A program made the position numbers and the translations under genes. From the NCBI GenBank assembly GCA_965116925.1, contig OZ220744.1, positions 960,001 to 1,024,000 on the forward strand: a stretch of 64,000 nucleotides of DNA, in the 5' to 3' direction. Below the pieces are notes generated by a model. The model was not told the DNA's origin and did not search any database. It was given only the letters and a program-made list of their open reading frames with translations. Every line of letters begins with the position of its first letter. Position 1 is the first letter of the stretch. The stretch comes from Candidatus Poribacteria bacterium (GTDB taxonomy: Bacteria; Poribacteria; WGA-4E; PCPOR2b). Below are positions 59,420-64,000 of the stretch, piece after piece.

Positions 59420-60415
59420 ATGAGAGATGAACCGTTAAGGTCTATTCACGTCGGTACGGGTGGCAGAGGTACTTGGCCCATTGATGTTGTGACAATCGAT
59501 CCAAATTGGGAGCCTGTTGCCTTGGTAGATGTTGATGAGACTGCCCTCCAAACCGTACGCGAGAAAACGGGACTGGGAAAATCCGCTTGTTTCTCAAGTC
59601 TTGAAGCAGCAGCCAAAGCCGTTGATGCTGATGCTGCGTTAATTTGCACCCCAACCGCGACGCACGCCCCTTTTGCACGGATGGGGTTTGAAGCCGGCTT
59701 GCATGTCCTCGTCGAAAAGGGAATGACAACTGACCTCGCTTTAGCAAAGCAATTGGTCAGGGAGGGGGAGGCGAGCGGCGTCAGATTCTGTGTGGCGCAA
59801 AATTATCGCTATCAACCGCTGCAACAGACAATAAAGGGGATCCTTGATGAAGGGATCCGCGGCACCCCCGCGATTGTTGACCTTATCCACCACCGCTATC
59901 GCCCGGATCCGCGCACACTGAACTATCTCAATGCGATGATCTGGGACATGAGCTGCCACCACTTTGATAACCTCAACTTCTGGTTTGGTCCTGTTCAAAC
60001 AATGATTGCGCGGACGTTCAACACACCTTGGAGTCGCTATCCCTACGACTCAGGGGTTTATGCGATCCTTGAGTACGAAAACGGGATGGTATGCAATTAC
60101 GGCATAACGCACTGCGCCCAAAACAGTTCATATCACCTGCGTATGCAGATGGATGGGGGTTCACTCCGGGCATATGACGTGGAAGGAATCGAATTTCAAC
60201 CGACGGGTGGCGGTGAGCCTGAAACGATTGAACCGCTGTCTTTACCGCGCAGTGAGCAGCTCGTACTTGATGCGTTAAGGGAGTATATCTGCGACGGGGT
60301 TGAACCGGGTATCTCAGGTAGGAATAATCTTCAAACGCTTGCCCTCTGTCAAGCAACGTGCGACGCTGCAAATACCGGTACAGTTGTCAGAGTCGCGGAT
60401 CTACTTGAAGAATAG
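59420..60415 (+). CDS. Gfo/Idh/MocA family oxidoreductase
   Basis: VGTGGRG, HVLVEK, QNYRY, DMSCHHFD. Confidence 0.9.
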   Translation: MRDEPLRSIHVGTGGRGTWPIDVVTIDPNWEPVALVDVDETALQTVREKTGLGKSACFSSLEAAAKAVDADAALICTPTATHAPFARMGFEAGLHVLVEKGMTTDLALAKQLVREGEASGVRFCVAQNYRYQPLQQTIKGILDEGIRGTPAIVDLIHHRYRPDPRTLNYLNAMIWDMSCHHFDNLNFWFGPVQTMIARTFNTPWSRYPYDSGVYAILEYENGMVCNYGITHCAQNSSYHLRMQMDGGSLRAYDVEGIEFQPTGGGEPETIEPLSLPRSEQLVLDALREYICDGVEPGISGRNNLQTLALCQATCDAANTGTVVRVADLLEE

Positions 60416-60473
60416 GGACAATGAACGTTGGCAATCAATCTGTTGATTGTTGCCAATTTTTGAAAGGATCACA

Positions 60474-61382
60474 ATGTCGGCTAGCCCCCAACATTCACAC
60501 CAAGACTTTGTACTAATCACCAACCCAATTTCGGGAAAAGGCAAGGCGGCTGCGGTCGCTGAGCAATCACTCCAGCGTCTCACCGCTGAAGGCTACACGG
60601 GTCGGCTGGAGTTGACCACTCAGTCCGGTGACGCGAACCGAATCGCACAGGAAGCTATTGAAAACGGTTTGCACTGGATTATCGCATGTGGTGGTGATGG
60701 TACAATTCACGAAGTGGTCAACGCGATTGGGGAGAAGCCGGACGTGATACTTGGTGTTCTGCCGTGTGGGAAGGGAAATGATTTCGCAGAAGCGTTGAAG
60801 ATTCCTACAAAACCGATAGAGGCCATCAAGGTGCTGCTGGCGGGAGCTACGCGGCAGGTCGATCTGGGCAAAATTGGAGATTACTATTTCGATACGATTG
60901 TCACGTGTGGGTATGATGCTGAGGTGAGTCGGCGCGTTACAGAGGAGGGCACGCCTTTTTCTGGGACAGCTGCTTATGTGTATACGGCAATCACGACGCT
61001 TTTTCGCTATCGATCCCCCACGGTTCGCCTTGAAGGGGACTTCGGCTCCTATGAAGGTAAAATTCTACTGACTGCCACCGGCATCACGTCTAGCTATGGC
61101 GGTGGGATGAAAATCGTGCCGGAGGCAGTTATAGATGACGGGTTGTTTAATGTATGTATTATCGAGCCCGTTCCCCATCGAACCGTTTTACGCTTGCTTT
61201 TCACCCTTTTCTGGGGAGGACATGCCGGACATCCTGCTGTCCAGATGCACCGCACAAAGTCGCTGACCATCGAAACAGATCCGCCGATACTCCTTTATGC
61301 GGACGGCGAACGAATCTGCTACACCCCTGCAACCGTTGAAATAGTTGAACACGGTCTGACTGTTATTGCGCCCCCGGAGTGA
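60474..61382 (+). CDS. Diacylglycerol kinase family lipid kinase (YegS/DagK-like)
   Basis: NPISGKG, GGDGTIHE, P.G.GNDFA, YGGG, DDG, ADGE. Confidence 0.93.
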   Translation: MSASPQHSHQDFVLITNPISGKGKAAAVAEQSLQRLTAEGYTGRLELTTQSGDANRIAQEAIENGLHWIIACGGDGTIHEVVNAIGEKPDVILGVLPCGKGNDFAEALKIPTKPIEAIKVLLAGATRQVDLGKIGDYYFDTIVTCGYDAEVSRRVTEEGTPFSGTAAYVYTAITTLFRYRSPTVRLEGDFGSYEGKILLTATGITSSYGGGMKIVPEAVIDDGLFNVCIIEPVPHRTVLRLLFTLFWGGHAGHPAVQMHRTKSLTIETDPPILLYADGERICYTPATVEIVEHGLTVIAPPE

Positions 61383-61409
61383 TATTGACTCAAGTTCCGA
61401 GAAACCGCA

Positions 61410-61436
61410 TAGGGAACGCAGATCTGCGTTCCCTAC
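61410..61436. repeat. REP palindrome
   Basis: TAGGGAACGCAGATCTGCGTTCCCTAC between convergent genes. Confidence 0.85.
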
Positions 61437-61448
61437 AATCTGATTGAT

Positions 61449-62555
61449 TTACCACAGTCGTTGTGCAGCGAGCCGTTCTTCATCCAGTTCTACGCCTAAT
61501 CCAGGTCCGTCTGGAACGATGATATGTCCCTCCTCGTAACGCACCCGTTCCTTGACGACCTGTTCGTAGTAAACTAATGGTCCTGCGGGATAGCACGGAA
61601 AATCGAGATTAGGCATCGCCGCAGCAAAATGCGCCCGTGCTGCGGTGCCGATAGAGAGTTCCACGGTGCTGCCCATTAACGTCTTAATGCCGAAAAGTTC
61701 AGCCAATCCAAACACCTTTTGACAAGCAGTCATCCCCGAATAACCCACGCCGAGATTGAAAACATCTACTGCTTCGTGCCGTGCTAGCCGGACAGCTACG
61801 GGGGCTTCCGACGAATGCTCGCTGATCGGCACGTCTACCGCTTGCTTCACCGCGATAAAATCTTTGACCGGAGCATTCTGACGCCCTTTAATGGGGGATT
61901 CAACAAGATTTGGCTTGAAGGCTGCAAAGCGACCGATGACGTCAATCGCCGTTTCTACATCAAACCGTCCGCTCGCATCTAGGGCGTTAATCTCGACCCC
62001 GTTCCCCCAACGCCGCCGGAGTTCCGAAAGAAACCGTTCGTCTAGCGTCAGATCGGCACCGAAATAGTAGCGGATTGTTGGATGGCCTTGGTCTTGCAAT
62101 TTTTCGATGCGCTGCAGGTTCGATTCGACATCCGCTTCGATCTGGCACGGAGCGAGAGGATAGGCGAAAGGAATTCGTTCCCGGTATCTGCCACCAAACA
62201 GTTGGCAGATTGGTACGTCCAATGCTTTACCAATGGCATCGTGTAGCGCGATGTCAATTCCAGCGAGTACCTGATGCTCCCATTCCTGTTGTTCCAGATC
62301 CACTTGGATTGCAGTCAGGTCAAGCGGGCTGCGTCCAACAAGTAACGGTTCTAACCGAGCTGTTAATCCGTTGACCGTCTCCGGGGTGAGATCAAAGTTG
62401 ACATCTGACATCTCTCCTAAGCCTGTAATATCGGCATCGGTTTGCAGACGAACGATAATGTGGTGGGAGATTGCTTTCTCCGAATCGGAAGGGCAGGTTT
62501 GCCCCATTTCGCGGGTTGAGTAGATTGGAATCAGTTCAATAGCTGTAATCTGCAT
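61449..62555 (-). CDS. Enolase superfamily enzyme, galactarate dehydratase II-like
   Basis: GEMSD, R-x-Y (IRYY) in place of KxK, likely metal ligands D (LDAS), E (ESP), H (SEH), GSTVELSIGTAA. Confidence 0.75.
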   Translation of the reverse strand: MQITAIELIPIYSTREMGQTCPSDSEKAISHHIIVRLQTDADITGLGEMSDVNFDLTPETVNGLTARLEPLLVGRSPLDLTAIQVDLEQQEWEHQVLAGIDIALHDAIGKALDVPICQLFGGRYRERIPFAYPLAPCQIEADVESNLQRIEKLQDQGHPTIRYYFGADLTLDERFLSELRRRWGNGVEINALDASGRFDVETAIDVIGRFAAFKPNLVESPIKGRQNAPVKDFIAVKQAVDVPISEHSSEAPVAVRLARHEAVDVFNLGVGYSGMTACQKVFGLAELFGIKTLMGSTVELSIGTAARAHFAAAMPNLDFPCYPAGPLVYYEQVVKERVRYEEGHIIVPDGPGLGVELDEERLAAQRLW

Positions 62556-62726
62556 GTTTGCTCCTAGTTACGTGATGCGTGAAACGTGATGCGTGAGTTG
62601 GTACATAATGGGTTTCCGAATTAACGAACCAGTGAACTACTGAACAAATGAACTCTTGAACTCAATATCCTCACCAATTCGCAGCAAAGATTTTATACTC
62701 TTGGGTACTCACAGAGGAAATAATTG

Positions 62727-64000
62727 ATGAAAACGAAATTGATACACTGTGTTTGTCCAGCATTTGTCTTGATGTTAGCTATGGTTAGTTTTTACAGCGT
62801 GCAAGGGGCTGAGACAGAAGCTCAGCCACCAGATCTCCGCACCCGCAAATCCGGCAGCGATTGGGGCGGCTTCTTGGGTCCGACAGGAGATGGCAAATCC
62901 TCTGAAACATCGCTCCTTACCTCGTGGTCCCCGACAGGACCGCCCGTCGTTTGGGAAAAGGAAATCGGAACCAGCTACGGTGCGCCAACCGTTTCTCAAG
63001 GACGGTTGTTTATGTTCGATCGCCACGATGGATCGGCTCGCCTAACCTGCATGAAAAGCGAAACCGGCGAAGAACTGTGGCGATTTGAGTATCCGACAGA
63101 CTATGAGGACCTATATGGCTACAATAATGGTCCCCGAACCTGTCCGGTCGTTGATGGGAGCCGTGTCTATATTTTCGGTCCCGAGGGTATGTTGCACTGT
63201 GTGACTGTTTCAGACGGAAAACCGTTGTGGAGTATAGATACCGCCGCGAAATTTCATGTCGTCCAAAACTTTTTCGGTGTCGGATCCGCCCCGGTGATCG
63301 AGGGTGAATTGTTAATTGTTCAGATTGGAGGCTCACCGCCGGGGCACCCCAAGAATCTACTCGCCGCCCGCAACCCCGTTCAAGGAAACGGCAGCGGCAT
63401 CGTTGCTTTTAACAAGTGGACCGGCGAAGTTGTGTATCAAATCACCGATGAACTGGCAAGCTATACAACCCCAACGCTTGCGACAATCAATGACCGCCGA
63501 TGGTGTTTCGCCTTTGCTCGCGGCGGTTTAGTCGGTTTTGAACCCCGCACTGGAACGGTGGACTTCCACTATCCATGGCGTTCCAAAAAGTTTGAATCCG
63601 TCAACGCTTCCAATCCCGTCGTGGCAGGAGATCTGGTATTTATCAGCGAGACGTACGGTCTAGGCAGCTCGCTGCTGAAAGTCCGTCCGGGCGGATACAA
63701 GGTGGTATGGAAAGATTCCGAACGGCGTCGCAACAAAGCGATGCAGCTGCATTGGAACACGGCTATCCATCACGAAGGTTATCTCTACGGCTATAGTGGA
63801 CGGCATTCCGGAGGATGCGAACTACGTTGTGTTGAGTTGCGAACGGGAAAGGTGATCTGGTCACATCGTGTTAATGAACGCGGATCACTGCTCTACGCTG
63901 ACGGACACTTCATAAGTTTGGGTGAATACGGCACATTGTCCCTGATTCGTCCCACCCCTGAGAAATTGGACCTTGTCTCGAAGGTTTTGCTAATCAACGA
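62727..64000 (+). CDS. Exported PQQ-binding-like beta-propeller (BamB-like) protein, 3' partial
   Basis: Absent from the ORF track because there is no stop in the window. ATG 62727 gives MKTKLIHC..., DWGGFLGP, VWEKEIG.SYG.P, TGEELWR, GPR.CPVV. Confidence 0.88.
   Translation, partial: MKTKLIHCVCPAFVLMLAMVSFYSVQGAETEAQPPDLRTRKSGSDWGGFLGPTGDGKSSETSLLTSWSPTGPPVVWEKEIGTSYGAPTVSQGRLFMFDRHDGSARLTCMKSETGEELWRFEYPTDYEDLYGYNNGPRTCPVVDGSRVYIFGPEGMLHCVTVSDGKPLWSIDTAAKFHVVQNFFGVGSAPVIEGELLIVQIGGSPPGHPKNLLAARNPVQGNGSGIVAFNKWTGEVVYQITDELASYTTPTLATINDRRWCFAFARGGLVGFEPRTGTVDFHYPWRSKKFESVNASNPVVAGDLVFISETYGLGSSLLKVRPGGYKVVWKDSERRRNKAMQLHWNTAIHHEGYLYGYSGRHSGGCELRCVELRTGKVIWSHRVNERGSLLYADGHFISLGEYGTLSLIRPTPEKLDLVSKVLLIN

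Overview
This is a gene-dense bacterial chromosome segment of about 55 CDS. Its content (TPR protein, two PhyH dioxygenases, five enolase-superfamily enzymes, four Gfo/Idh/MocA oxidoreductases, Uma2, PQQ-like propeller, DUF418 paralogs) resembles Candidatus Poribacteria or a similar sponge-associated lineage; that assignment is inference only. I saw no rRNA, tRNA or CRISPR array. Main highlights: (1) a likely selenoprotein split into two ORFs by the ORF caller (35614-37047), a lipoprotein with three carboxypeptidase-regulatory-like domains fused to a peroxiredoxin/AhpC-TSA domain with a W-U-G-S-C motif, an in-frame TGA and a SECIS-like hairpin, next to a TlpA lipoprotein and a YCF48-like propeller. 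(2) A VapC/PIN toxin gene disrupted at one codon by a MITE and then an IS, with the order of events readable from target-site duplications. (3) Three MITE families (5-bp, 8-bp and TA duplications) that carry or nest palindromes, mostly GTAG-type REPs. (4) A sigma-54 promoter with tandem activator-like sites. (5) A TonB-dependent receptor with an LPP-repeat insert and an operator-like palindrome. (6) A large acid-sugar catabolism repertoire, including a galactarate dehydratase II-like enzyme. All family assignments come from motif recognition without database searches.
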